From contig CALEPS010000188.1 of assembly GCA_937910305.1 (NCBI GenBank), positions 1,095 to 65,094 of the forward strand: a stretch of DNA of 64,000 nt. The letters are read 5' to 3'. Origin of the DNA: an uncultured Bacteroidales bacterium (GTDB taxonomy: Bacteria; Bacteroidota; Bacteroidia; Bacteroidales; Paludibacteraceae). Position numbers and translations under genes: made by a program. Below the pieces are notes generated by a model. The model had not been told where the DNA came from, searched no databases, and was given only the letters and a program-made list of their open reading frames with translations. Positions 10,357 through 19,487 of the stretch are shown one piece after another (within the stretch, counting starts at the first letter, position 1; every line of letters begins with the position of its first letter).

Positions 10357-12540
10357 ATGACAAACATGTTTCGAAATATACTGATTGCAAGTGTTATTCT
10401 TAGTTTGACAACTGCTCCTGTTGCGGCGTTTGCAATGCCGGAACCGGTTCCTGCTACTCAGACCGACAAAGCCAAAGCGGCTGCGCAGAAAAAGAAAGCG
10501 GCAGAAAAACGCAAGAAAGAGCAAGAGAAAATCAAGGCGCAGCGCGAGAAACAAAAAGCCGCGGAAGCTAAGAAACGCGAGGCGGAAAAGCGTAAAGCTG
10601 CTGCCGCTAAAGCTAACGAGGAGAAAAAAGAGCAGCAGGCGAAAGCCAATGCGAAAGTACAGGCACAACGCGAGAAAGAAGCTGCTGAACGCGCTAAAGT
10701 AGCAGCGGAACGCGAAGAAGCAAGGGCTAAGAAAGAAGCAGATACTAAAGCAAAAGAGGAAAAAGCCATTCGTGACTACGAGAAGTATCAGGAGAATCTG
10801 GAGAATCCCAAGACTGAAGCTGTTTCCTATTTCAATCTGGGTCTGCGCCTCGGGTATGCTGCTATGATGGATAAACTCAACGGCACATATATGGGAGCCG
10901 GAACGCTGAACCAGAGCAATGCTCTGCAGCAACTCAAAGGCGGTCCAGGTGTAGGATTGGATATTACTTATAATCTTGAGTATGGTCATTTCCTGTTTGA
11001 GACCGGTTTGGACTTCCGTTTCCTCAATTCTACTTCGGCTTACGGATTCCAGGCAATACGAAACGACTTGACCTATCCGGGAACAACTTATTCCTATTGG
11101 TTTGATAACGTACGCGAGATGCGTAACATGCTGGAGTTCGGTATTCCTGTGATGTTCGGTGCGCAGTTCAACCGGTTCTACTTCCTGGTAGGAGCCAAGG
11201 TTCATTACGGTTTACCGATGGGATATAGCCAGAAAGGTCTGTATGACATCGTCGTTAATGATCCTTCCCTGCTGGAGCCGTACGGAATGGGTATCCATGA
11301 ACTGAACGGTCAGACCAACCAGCCTATCCAATTCAAGCAACCGGATCTCAGTGTTGCAGCGGAGATCGGTATTGACTTGGATGAATGGTTACAAGCTCAG
11401 CCGGATAAGAAAAAAGCGAAAGTAAAACCCGGACAGCGACTGCCATTCGGACGCGAACATATCCATTACCGCGTGGGACTTTTCGCTGAATACGGTGTGC
11501 TCAATACAAACAACACCCCTGCTGCCAATCCTGTTGAGTTTGCAGCGGATCAGGTTGCTGTACAGAAAACAAACACACTGCTCGCGATGAACGGTGACAC
11601 CAAATTGAACAACCTTTTCGTGGGTGCTAAATTTGCCATCCAGTTTGAGGTGCCGGGCAAGAAAGCACGGCCTGTTCCGCCTCCCTCTTCATATGCTATC
11701 TATAGCGTAGTGAACGCTGTGACTAACGAACCTATCGACAAAGCATTTGTGGAAACACGGGGCACCGAGAGCGGAAAGATCGCTATGCGTGAGAAACAGA
11801 TTAGCGCTAAGGGCTTCCGCCAGAAACACGCTGTGGGTTCGTTCACCGCTACTGCGAAAGCTAACGGTTATTACGATGCTACGCAGGTATTTGAGATTGA
11901 GAAAGTGGGTAGCACCGAATATGTCACTATCGCTATGAGACCGTGCCCGGTTCTGCGTGTACGTGTCACCAACAAAGAAACTGGCATGCCTGTGCCTGCT
12001 ACGGTACAGATCCGCAAGAGCGGCGTAGAAGAACCGGCTTATAGTCTCGCTACCGATTCTGCAAGCGGCACAACGCGACAGATGCTGGAAGAGGGACCGA
12101 AATACAGCCTCCATATAGCACAAATGGGTTACGATACCCTGGATATGGCGATTGCTAACATCGGCGACTCGCTCAATATCCAACTGACCCCGATCAAGAA
12201 AGGCGAGGTATTCATCGTCAAGAACCTCCATTTCGCTACCAACAAGACACGTATCCTTTCTCGTTCGGAGCAGGCATTGAATGACCTTTATATGTATCTC
12301 GCGCGCAACCCGCAGGTACGTATTAAGATTATCGGTCATACCGATAACGTAGGTAAAGATGCTGCTAACCAGAAGTTGTCTGACGGACGTGCCAATGCAG
12401 TAATGAACGAACTGATCGAACGCGGTATCAGTGCGGATCGTCTGCAAGCTGAAGGTCGCGGTGAGACACAACCGATTGACACCAACGACACCGAAGAAGG
12501 TCGTCAGAACAACCGTCGTGTGGAGATCGAGATACTATAA
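10357..12540 (+). CDS. OmpA-family protein with K/A/E-rich N-terminal low-complexity region
   Basis: The C-terminal OmpA/MotB domain reads IIGHTDNVGKDAANQKLSDGRANAVMNELIERGISADRLQAEGRGETQPI...NRRVEIEIL. There is a signal peptide. The region of about aa 35-135 is a KAAEKRKKEQE-type repeat-like stretch. Confidence 0.85.
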   Translation: MTNMFRNILIASVILSLTTAPVAAFAMPEPVPATQTDKAKAAAQKKKAAEKRKKEQEKIKAQREKQKAAEAKKREAEKRKAAAAKANEEKKEQQAKANAKVQAQREKEAAERAKVAAEREEARAKKEADTKAKEEKAIRDYEKYQENLENPKTEAVSYFNLGLRLGYAAMMDKLNGTYMGAGTLNQSNALQQLKGGPGVGLDITYNLEYGHFLFETGLDFRFLNSTSAYGFQAIRNDLTYPGTTYSYWFDNVREMRNMLEFGIPVMFGAQFNRFYFLVGAKVHYGLPMGYSQKGLYDIVVNDPSLLEPYGMGIHELNGQTNQPIQFKQPDLSVAAEIGIDLDEWLQAQPDKKKAKVKPGQRLPFGREHIHYRVGLFAEYGVLNTNNTPAANPVEFAADQVAVQKTNTLLAMNGDTKLNNLFVGAKFAIQFEVPGKKARPVPPPSSYAIYSVVNAVTNEPIDKAFVETRGTESGKIAMREKQISAKGFRQKHAVGSFTATAKANGYYDATQVFEIEKVGSTEYVTIAMRPCPVLRVRVTNKETGMPVPATVQIRKSGVEEPAYSLATDSASGTTRQMLEEGPKYSLHIAQMGYDTLDMAIANIGDSLNIQLTPIKKGEVFIVKNLHFATNKTRILSRSEQALNDLYMYLARNPQVRIKIIGHTDNVGKDAANQKLSDGRANAVMNELIERGISADRLQAEGRGETQPIDTNDTEEGRQNNRRVEIEIL

Positions 12541-12591
12541 CACATAGCCAAATCAGACTAGCGAGACACTAACGAGAGACTACCGGACAGG

Positions 12592-12619
12592 GAGGATCTC
12601 GAGAGGATCTCGAGAGGAT
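12592..12619. repeat. 11-bp tandem repeat (AGGATCTCGAG) x2.5
   Basis: Read directly in the intergenic region upstream of the 12635 gene: aggatctcgag aggatctcgag aggata. Confidence 0.85.
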
Positions 12620-12634
12620 ATAAACACTACATAT

Positions 12635-15421
12635 ATGAAAAAACAACTTAAATCATTATTGCTCGTATCGCTCTTGGCCGTTTACTGTATGCCTGCGCTG
12701 GCGCAGTCAACCCAAGGCAAGGAGTTCTGGGTGAGTTCAACGCTTGTATGTTCGCCTAACAAAGCCACGCCTGCTCCGTACATCGCTATCTCTGCCGAGA
12801 AAGCCTGTACGGTCAAGATACAAGGCGGTGTGGGCGATGCCATCAACATCACCCAGCAGGTCGCTGCCGGTTCGTGGAATGAGTTCGGAAACGGCAATAC
12901 CAGCCAACTCAACCCGAATGCGGGCATGATCAAGGTTCCGATGGATGCTTCCAAATGGTACCCTACCTCAATGAGTGACGCTAGCCAAGTGAGAACATTA
13001 GCGGGTCAGAAAAACATGTACGGTTTGCACATCACCGCTACCGAAGATGTTTCGGTATATGTTATTCTGAGTTCCACCAACTCCATGGACGCAAGTAATA
13101 TCTTACCGGTTACTGCGCTCGGATCCGAGTATTATACCCAGGACTACTGGCCTATTGTAAAAAGCGATTTTGACAACACGGTGTCTATGGTTACAATTCT
13201 GGGTACCGAAGACGGCACACAGGTCGAGATTGTGCCTAATGGCAACACTTACGACGGACATCTAAGCGGCACGCCTTATACGGTCGATCTGAATAAAGGA
13301 CAGACTTATTACCTAATGAGTGAAGCCGACAAGCAGATAACCGGAACCCATATCAAAGCTAAGAATGGCAGAAAAATTGCCGTTTATTGCGGTGTGCCTC
13401 TCACCAACCTGCCTACCGACATCGCAGCACGCGACTGTCTGTTTGAACAGTCCATGCCTGTGGAATATTGGGGTACCCAGTTTATCGTTACCCGTTCCGC
13501 GGAGAAGAACGGAAACCTCATCGGTATCACCGCGACACAGCGTGGAACGGAAATTAAAGTGGACGGTTACTCACAGGCCTACATCAATGAGGGCGACACC
13601 TATTATATCATGCTGCAGAGCAGCAACGATCCAAATGGCAACAAGCCTGGAACAAGCCCCATTGATCTGGTTGTCACGGCTGATGCAGCCTATATTGAGA
13701 CTTCATGCCCCTGTGCCGTGTATAACTACGATACGGGTAACTCCTACAAAGGTAAGAATGGGGACGAGATCGTCAATAGCCAGGGAGACCCGTCCTCTAT
13801 ATGGGTGTCTCCTATTCAACAAAAGATTGGTAAAATAACTTTCGGTACGTGCTATACCACCAAGACCAAAGACCATTTCCTGAATGTTGTTACGGAGACG
13901 GCTTCGTGCCAGAATACGAAACTGACGGCTCTCTATGGTGCTACGCAGCTCGACAAAACGAATCTCTTGACGTGGATACCTGTGCCGGGCAACCCGACCT
14001 ATTCGTATGCACGCGCCAAGATAGGCGATAACTCCACTTCGCAATTCAGTGTCTTCCGATTAGAGAACAGTAAGGGCTTCATCGCTACGGTCTATGGTAA
14101 CGGTGATGATGAAAGTTACGCCTATTCTGCCGGATCGGCAACTGTGGAGCAAGGTGTGAACGTGGAAGGCGAGACCTTCACGAACGGCTATCGCAGCGAG
14201 AGCAAGTTCTGTTTCGGCGATTCGCTCTCTTTTGATGCCACGATAGGAACGGACGACATCAGCCGTGTGGACTGGACATTCGGAGACGGCACCACCGAGT
14301 ATTACAGCACGCCGCAAACAAAGCATAAATACACCACGCCGGGTTGGTATGACGTCACAGCGGAGCTGTACGGGCGTCAGGTTTGTACGAATGTTAATAA
14401 TGTATGGCTCGGACGTGTTCAGTTCTCCTTCCGCGTAGTGCGGGCGGATACGATTCCGGTGGCACCGAGAGATAGCTGCTTGACTATCAAACAGCAAGCG
14501 CAGATTGTGGCTGAGAAAGGACAGCAACATCTGGACAGCCTCGTAACATATGGAGAAACGACTATCATTAATCCGGATGCTCCGTGCTATGAGGATAAGT
14601 TGTTCAGTTTCGTCAAATATGGTCTGGAAACAGAGCGGATCTTTGATTCGATTGTACGTGACGGAGCAGAAATAGACGGTCGTTGGTATGAATCCGATGC
14701 AACGGTCAGTTGGACTGTTGAGAAGCCGCACAAATGCCCGCAGCATTTCACCTGCAACCTGACAGTTATCACTTGCCTGAAGATTGATGTACCTAATAAT
14801 CCGGCTGCGCAGTTCATTTGCCCTGGTGAGAACCTGGAAATCCCATACACAAAGGCGAAAGGACATATCAGCAATGCTACGTTCTCCGTTCCGGGATTGC
14901 TGGACAAAGCGGACGTCTCATATGATGACAATGCTAAAAACGGCACCTTCACTCTGCCTACCTCGTCTATCGAGAAAGCCGGCATATACAAAGGCACACT
15001 CTATATTGAGGATCATGATTGCGACTCTGTCATTACCGTACCTATTGACTTCACTGTGAAATATCCAAGCGATATCTTCAAGTTCAAGTTTAACAACGTA
15101 CTTGCGGTTTATCAAAATACTGGATATGAATTCACAGCCTACCAATGGGTTGTCAATGACAAACCGGTTCTGGATGCAAACTCATCGATTTATTATCTGG
15201 GACAGGGAAATACATTCAATGAAGGCGATGTGGTTTATGTGCTGCTGACGGATAAAGATGGCTTAGTCTTGCCATCCTGTCCTCAGACTCTGACTGATAT
15301 TCAGGACTATAATCCGGAACCGGAAGAACCGGCACAAGCACACAAGAAGATCGTTGACCGTCGTTTTGTTATCCAAAGAGGAGAAGATATTTACGATATC
15401 TATGGACAGAAAGTAAAATAG
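12635..15421 (+). CDS. PKD-domain surface protein (T9SS-type C-terminus), paralog 2
   Basis: Signal peptide, then GKEFWV and SCPCAVYNY motifs. PKD-like WTFGDGTTEYYSTPQTKHKYTTPGWYDVTAELY. The C-terminus is RRFVIQRGEDIYDIYGQKVK. Confidence 0.6.
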   Translation: MKKQLKSLLLVSLLAVYCMPALAQSTQGKEFWVSSTLVCSPNKATPAPYIAISAEKACTVKIQGGVGDAINITQQVAAGSWNEFGNGNTSQLNPNAGMIKVPMDASKWYPTSMSDASQVRTLAGQKNMYGLHITATEDVSVYVILSSTNSMDASNILPVTALGSEYYTQDYWPIVKSDFDNTVSMVTILGTEDGTQVEIVPNGNTYDGHLSGTPYTVDLNKGQTYYLMSEADKQITGTHIKAKNGRKIAVYCGVPLTNLPTDIAARDCLFEQSMPVEYWGTQFIVTRSAEKNGNLIGITATQRGTEIKVDGYSQAYINEGDTYYIMLQSSNDPNGNKPGTSPIDLVVTADAAYIETSCPCAVYNYDTGNSYKGKNGDEIVNSQGDPSSIWVSPIQQKIGKITFGTCYTTKTKDHFLNVVTETASCQNTKLTALYGATQLDKTNLLTWIPVPGNPTYSYARAKIGDNSTSQFSVFRLENSKGFIATVYGNGDDESYAYSAGSATVEQGVNVEGETFTNGYRSESKFCFGDSLSFDATIGTDDISRVDWTFGDGTTEYYSTPQTKHKYTTPGWYDVTAELYGRQVCTNVNNVWLGRVQFSFRVVRADTIPVAPRDSCLTIKQQAQIVAEKGQQHLDSLVTYGETTIINPDAPCYEDKLFSFVKYGLETERIFDSIVRDGAEIDGRWYESDATVSWTVEKPHKCPQHFTCNLTVITCLKIDVPNNPAAQFICPGENLEIPYTKAKGHISNATFSVPGLLDKADVSYDDNAKNGTFTLPTSSIEKAGIYKGTLYIEDHDCDSVITVPIDFTVKYPSDIFKFKFNNVLAVYQNTGYEFTAYQWVVNDKPVLDANSSIYYLGQGNTFNEGDVVYVLLTDKDGLVLPSCPQTLTDIQDYNPEPEEPAQAHKKIVDRRFVIQRGEDIYDIYGQKVK

Positions 15422-15430
15422 CACCTCCCT

Positions 15431-16096
15431 GTGAAAACATTATTCAAACAAAACACCGTCTTTATATCGCTAAGCCTGATACTTCTCGTAGTATTGGGCT
15501 TAGCCCTTCTTTATATCCCGCAGGGCGAATTGCATCTGCTGCTATGCAATCACCACACGCACGCGCGCGATATATTCTATAGGTACTACACGCGAATAGC
15601 AGAGTGGTTTCCATATGCTGTATGTATAGGACTTTTGCTCTTTAGCCGGATTGGGAACGGTGTTTTTGCTTCTGCGGCAATGCTTCTCTCCTCTCTTACC
15701 ACGCAACTGCTAAAACATATCTTCAATGCTCCGCGCCCCGTTACATGGTTTGCTACCAACATGCCGGATGTACAATTGCCGCTTGTGGAAGGCGTAAAAA
15801 TGAATTATTGGTATTCCTTCCCTTCGGGACATACCACGAGTTTTTTTGCATTGGCATTGGTAGTAAGTATAGTTGCGTCACAAAAATGGCCCAAAATGGC
15901 ATCATACATCCAGATCCTGCTCTTTGTATTAGCTATGTTAGGCGGTTATAGCCGGATTTATCTGAGTCAGCATTTCGCCGGAGATGTGTTTGCCGGTATC
16001 CTTGTTGGCTTACTAATAACGGCGGTCTGTTATGCTATCTTTTACCGTTTTGAGGAGAAAAAATGGTACAATTACCGTCTTTTTCAAAAAAAATGA
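15431..16096 (+). CDS. PAP2-family (acid phosphatase/undecaprenyl-diphosphatase-like) membrane phosphatase
   Basis: All three PAP2 motifs are present: KHIFNAPRP, PSGHT and SRIYLSQHFAGDV. Confidence 0.85.
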   Translation: MKTLFKQNTVFISLSLILLVVLGLALLYIPQGELHLLLCNHHTHARDIFYRYYTRIAEWFPYAVCIGLLLFSRIGNGVFASAAMLLSSLTTQLLKHIFNAPRPVTWFATNMPDVQLPLVEGVKMNYWYSFPSGHTTSFFALALVVSIVASQKWPKMASYIQILLFVLAMLGGYSRIYLSQHFAGDVFAGILVGLLITAVCYAIFYRFEEKKWYNYRLFQKK

Positions 16097-16125
16097 GGGG
16101 TAAAGTGCATTTTTTTTCAAAAAAA

Positions 16126-16157
16126 TTTGGTCATATCAAAAAAAAGCAGTACCTTTG
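16126..16157 (+). promoter_or_regulatory. consensus promoter (TTTG-N20-TACCTTTG) for tRNA-Val
   Basis: TTTG at 16126-16129, a 20-nt spacer, then TACCTTTG at 16150-16157. The tRNA starts 21 nt downstream. Confidence 0.6.
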
Positions 16158-16177
16158 CACCCGCTTTTGAAAAGCAA

Positions 16178-16252
16178 GGGCGTTTAGCTCAGCTGGTTTA
16201 GAGCATCTGCCTTACAAGCAGAGGGTCTGCGGTTCGAATCCGTAAACGCCCA
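16178..16252 (+). tRNA. tRNA-Val (anticodon UAC)
   Basis: A 75-nt cloverleaf folded by hand. Acceptor stem GGGCGTT/AACGCCC, D arm GCTC-AGCTGGTTTA-GAGC, anticodon arm TCTGC-CTTACAA-GCAGA (anticodon TAC), T arm with TTCGAAT loop, discriminator A. Confidence 0.9.
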
Positions 16253-16269
16253 CAAGATTAAAGCACACG

Positions 16270-16310
16270 AAATCAATAAGTTACGAAAATGTGACTTATT
16301 GATTTTTTCT
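16270..16310 (+). terminator. rho-independent terminator downstream of tRNA-Val
   Basis: An 11-bp stem AATCAATAAGT / ACTTATTGATT (16271-16281 / 16294-16304) with a 12-nt loop, followed by TTTTTCTTTTG. Confidence 0.6.
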
Positions 16311-16324
16311 TTTGTCACAGTTAG

Positions 16325-16435
16325 TTGCACTCTTATTGCACTCCTCCGTAAACGGCTTATTTACAAACAACTACCTTTTTACTACTCTTTTACTACATTT
16401 TTGTAGATTTCAAAAAGAGTGCAAAAAAAGTGCAA
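16325..16435. promoter_or_regulatory. four TTGCACT(C/T) sites in a 2+2 inverted arrangement upstream of the integrase gene
   Basis: TTGCACTC at 16325-16332 and 16336-16343 (11-bp spacing). The inverted copies are GAGTGCAA at 16417-16424 and AAGTGCAA at 16428-16435 (11-bp spacing). They are candidate integrase arm-type sites or an operator. Confidence 0.4.
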
Positions 16436-16449
16436 CTAATTTTAACACT

Positions 16450-17655
16450 ATGGCAAAAGTATCAATCATTCTCGACAAGAGAAACGCCGACAAACAAGGT
16501 CGGTTTCCAATCAAGCTGCGCATTAGCGCACAGAGTTCTAACACCTCCGTCTCCACGAATGTCTATATACGCGCGTGTGATTATTTAGGGGAACGCGAGC
16601 ACGCGGTTGCGCGTGCGTGCGCGAATGCTAAGCAGATCAACAAGGACATCAGTGAACTGTACTATCAGTATTTGAGTGCTATCATGGAACTGGAGCGCAG
16701 CGGCAGGCTAACAACTATGTCTGCTTCTGACATACGCGATTACGTGGATAAGCAAAAGGAGTTCACCAGCGAAAGGACATTCACCTCCTGTGTGAATGAA
16801 TACAAAGAATCTTGCCGGGCAGATAAGACCAAGCAGACATACGACTACACTCTTCAGATGATGGAGCGATTCAAGGGAAAGCAAAAGTTCTTTTTTGAAG
16901 AGATTGATTTTATGTTTCTAACGGAGTTTGAGCGTTGGATGGAAAACAACGGCATCGGCATGTCAAGCCGCAGCATCGTATTCCGAAATATGCGTACTAT
17001 TTTTAACTGGGCTATCAACAACGACTGGATCAATATGCAGACCTACCCTTTCCGCAAGTTCAAAATCAAACAGGGGAAAAAAGCAAAGGAGTATCTACCA
17101 GTGGAAAAGATGCGCGAGTTACTATCACTCAACCTTACCGGTTATAACGAAAAAGGGCTGGCATTGGCGCGTGATTTCTTTGTGCTTTCGTTCCTGTTCT
17201 GCGGAATAAACCCGATAGACCTCTATAATCTGCCTGCGCAAAAAGACAAAATCACGTTCATCCGACAGAAGATGGCACACCGCGAGCCGGAACCGATACA
17301 AATTGGCATCCAGCCGGAGACGCTGTATCTGATCAGCGAGTACATGGGGAGCAACTACCTGCTTAACTTTGCCGAGAAATACATATCTTTCGACAATTTC
17401 TACCACTTCCTGAAACACCGTATCAAGAAACTTGGAAATATGATCAAGTGTCCGGGGCTGACGCTGTATTGGGCGCGGTACTCATGGGCAACCTACGCAA
17501 GCAAAATTGATGTACCGGATAGCACCATCAGTAAGGCACTTGGGCACGCAGACGCCACTCTTGCAGAAAGAAGATATGAAGTGTATGATTGGTCTAAGGT
17601 TGACAAAGCTAACCGGCGCGTGATAGATTACGTGCTCTACGGAAAGATGGAATAA
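16450..17655 (+). CDS. tyrosine recombinase / phage integrase
   Basis: The start MAKVSIILDKRNADKQGRFPIKLRIS is a Bacteroidetes-type integrase arm-binding N-terminus. The C-terminal catalytic region reads ...LTLYWARYSWATYA...ALGHADATLAERRYEVY. ATG 16450 is preferred over the upstream TTG 16312. Confidence 0.9.
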   Translation: MAKVSIILDKRNADKQGRFPIKLRISAQSSNTSVSTNVYIRACDYLGEREHAVARACANAKQINKDISELYYQYLSAIMELERSGRLTTMSASDIRDYVDKQKEFTSERTFTSCVNEYKESCRADKTKQTYDYTLQMMERFKGKQKFFFEEIDFMFLTEFERWMENNGIGMSSRSIVFRNMRTIFNWAINNDWINMQTYPFRKFKIKQGKKAKEYLPVEKMRELLSLNLTGYNEKGLALARDFFVLSFLFCGINPIDLYNLPAQKDKITFIRQKMAHREPEPIQIGIQPETLYLISEYMGSNYLLNFAEKYISFDNFYHFLKHRIKKLGNMIKCPGLTLYWARYSWATYASKIDVPDSTISKALGHADATLAERRYEVYDWSKVDKANRRVIDYVLYGKME

Positions 17656-17658
17656 AAA

Positions 17659-17686
17659 AGTACCGTCGAATCACTTCGACGGTACT
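17659..17686 (-). terminator. strong hairpin terminator (T-run on the minus strand) at the end of the leftward phage genes and of the integrase gene
   Basis: A 12-bp stem AGTACCGTCGAA / TTCGACGGTACT with loop TCAC. On the minus strand it is followed by TTTTTTATT. Confidence 0.6.
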
Positions 17687-17739
17687 CCAACATCATTGTT
17701 CCCGTAGGGGAACTGGCGTTTTAGTTTAATTTCCGAGTG

Positions 17740-17771
17740 CAAAGGTACTACATTTTTTCGGAATATACAAA
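17740..17771 (-). promoter_or_regulatory. consensus promoter on the minus strand (TTTG-N20-TACCTTTG) pointing at the 17659-17686 terminator
   Basis: On the + text, CAAAGGTA at 17740-17747 and CAAA at 17768-17771 are separated by exactly 20 nt. Confidence 0.5.
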
Positions 17772-17814
17772 TAAATAGGAAAATCTTTGTAAAATTTTCT
17801 TATTTTTCTGCATT

Positions 17815-18237
17815 TTACTCATGTTCGCTGCATTTGGGACAGTCACATACGATGCGGAGGAGGCTACCGGCAAGGGCGCAAGCCACATCACCTGTGATAT
17901 AAGCTATCTCTTCTCCGTGGTGCGGAATAGCGCAGGCCTCAGCAAGATCATCACCGAGGTGCCGGAGTTCGTGACTGAAGGTATTGACCGTTTCCGACTC
18001 CGATGTACTCCGTCCTATTACCATCACCGTTGTCCGAGTGTCCAGATTGGAATAGGTCATACCCGTATTATCGCGGAATGCTTTTTGCAGATGCCGCTCG
18101 GCACGCATGTACTCCGACGCTCGGATGCCTATCTCGTCCAGTTTAGCCAGTATCTCCGGCGCATCGTCCTTGGACGCGGCCATATAGACATAGACATGCC
18201 AGTCGTATCGCTCTATAATAATCTCGTCGCGGATCAT
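17815..18237 (-). CDS. small HExxH (zincin-like) protein, function unknown
   Basis: It contains TFSHELRHLGDD (HExxH) and a C-terminal CDCPKC. The start ATG 18237 overlaps the upstream stop codon (ATGA), indicating translational coupling. Confidence 0.5.
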   Translation of the reverse strand: MIRDEIIIERYDWHVYVYMAASKDDAPEILAKLDEIGIRASEYMRAERHLQKAFRDNTGMTYSNLDTRTTVMVIGRSTSESETVNTFSHELRHLGDDLAEACAIPHHGEEIAYITGDVACALAGSLLRIVCDCPKCSEHE

Positions 18238-18635
18238 AGCATATCTTCCCAATAGACGGTACAATCGTCCTTCATGCAGGTGTCAGCGTAGAATCTGACG
18301 AACGGCATACCTTCGTAACCGTCCGGGTCGTTGATGTAGTCGGACACATAGCGTACCAGGTGCAGTTCATCGGCGATAGACGAGCCGTAGAAGTCCGCCT
18401 TTGCCATATTAGCTACGTATAGCGCATCATAGATATGCTCTGTTTTCAGTTCAATACCGGCGTTCTTGAACATCAACTCCAATCCATCTTTGGTGATTGG
18501 CTTGATTTTACTACCGGTTTTGTCGCGCATCATACCGACTGCCCAGTCTAACATACGCTGGTTGAAATGCCAACCGTAGTTGCTCAGATACTGCCTCATA
18601 TCACGGGGCATATCTTCATATATTGTTTTACTCAT
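18234..18635 (-). CDS. hypothetical protein coupled to the HExxH protein
   Basis: ORF starting MSKTIYEDMPRDMRQYLSNYGWHFNQRML. I recognised no motif. Its stop shares a 4-bp overlap with the start of the downstream gene. Confidence 0.5.
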   Translation of the reverse strand: MSKTIYEDMPRDMRQYLSNYGWHFNQRMLDWAVGMMRDKTGSKIKPITKDGLELMFKNAGIELKTEHIYDALYVANMAKADFYGSSIADELHLVRYVSDYINDPDGYEGMPFVRFYADTCMKDDCTVYWEDML

Positions 18636-18706
18636 AATAGTCAAAATTAAGGGCAGGGGTGGCCTTTGCAGTATTTGCACCTACCACTCCTACCCGGTTA
18701 CAGATT

Positions 18707-18943
18707 TTAGTAACCTCCGTGGCGACGGCGCATCTCTGCTTCCTCTAAACCGCGACGATAGCCCTCGCGATAAGAGTCATTGCCACGCTCGGCATAATCG
18801 CCACCTCCATACTCGGCTTCCATTTCTTCTATGCTTTCGCATACTTCGGTAGCCAGACGTTTGAGGCTTTTTGCCTTCTCTTTGAACTCACGCAGATCCT
18901 CGCTGCCTGAGCCGCCTTTCTTGCGGATAATGAAAAGTCCCAT
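18707..18943 (-). CDS. hypothetical protein
   Basis: A 78-aa charged ORF in the leftward gene string. I recognised no motif. Confidence 0.35.
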   Translation of the reverse strand: MGLFIIRKKGGSGSEDLREFKEKAKSLKRLATEVCESIEEMEAEYGGGDYAERGNDSYREGYRRGLEEAEMRRRHGGY

Positions 18944-18955
18944 AACGGTGTCCTC

Positions 18956-19468
18956 CTACTTTTTATTCAGTGCCTCAGAGAGCATGCCTTTTATCTCCCC
19001 AATAGACTTTTCCAAACCGTCAACACGGCTACTAAGACCTTCCATCGCTTTCGCGTTTTCAGCTGCGCGGCGGACTTGGGGATTCAACTCCGCTATCAAT
19101 TCGTCACATCGCCCTACAATCTCCCTGTGTTTCTCGATGGACGCAAGGGCCTCAGCACTAATATTGCGCATGGACTCTATCTCGCGCAGGATTTCGTCTT
19201 TACTATCCGACACCACAATCTTCTTGTCATCGTAGTGGAAGATAACGGCATCAGTCGGGAGTTGCTTGAACTCATACGGATGTTCGCCAATCTTCACTTT
19301 GACATCCACGGTTGTCTTCTGCTGGAGAGGAAAACCGGGTTGAAATGTAGTTATCGGATTCGAGATAGCGGGGACGCTTACCTCGGTTACTTCGCCTGTC
19401 TCAACGGACAAGGTTGGGTCTTTTCTGAGCACATAAATAGGCGTGCCCTTTCTGAGTGTACTGAACAT
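18956..19468 (-). CDS. hypothetical protein with C-terminal coiled coil
   Basis: A 170-aa ORF whose C-terminal half has a heptad-like, charged pattern. Confidence 0.45.
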   Translation of the reverse strand: MFSTLRKGTPIYVLRKDPTLSVETGEVTEVSVPAISNPITTFQPGFPLQQKTTVDVKVKIGEHPYEFKQLPTDAVIFHYDDKKIVVSDSKDEILREIESMRNISAEALASIEKHREIVGRCDELIAELNPQVRRAAENAKAMEGLSSRVDGLEKSIGEIKGMLSEALNKK

Positions 19469-19487
19469 GTTGTTTTACTTTTTTTGA

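Noticed and set aside
10321-11205. 294-aa minus-strand ORF and other ORFs overlapping the KAE-rich part of the OmpA-family gene; the repeat-like DNA at 10460-10770
   Set aside because: The periodic sequence is coding low complexity (KAAEKRKKEQE) of the + strand OmpA-family protein. It is not a CRISPR or a non-coding repeat, and the antisense and alternate-frame ORFs are by-products.
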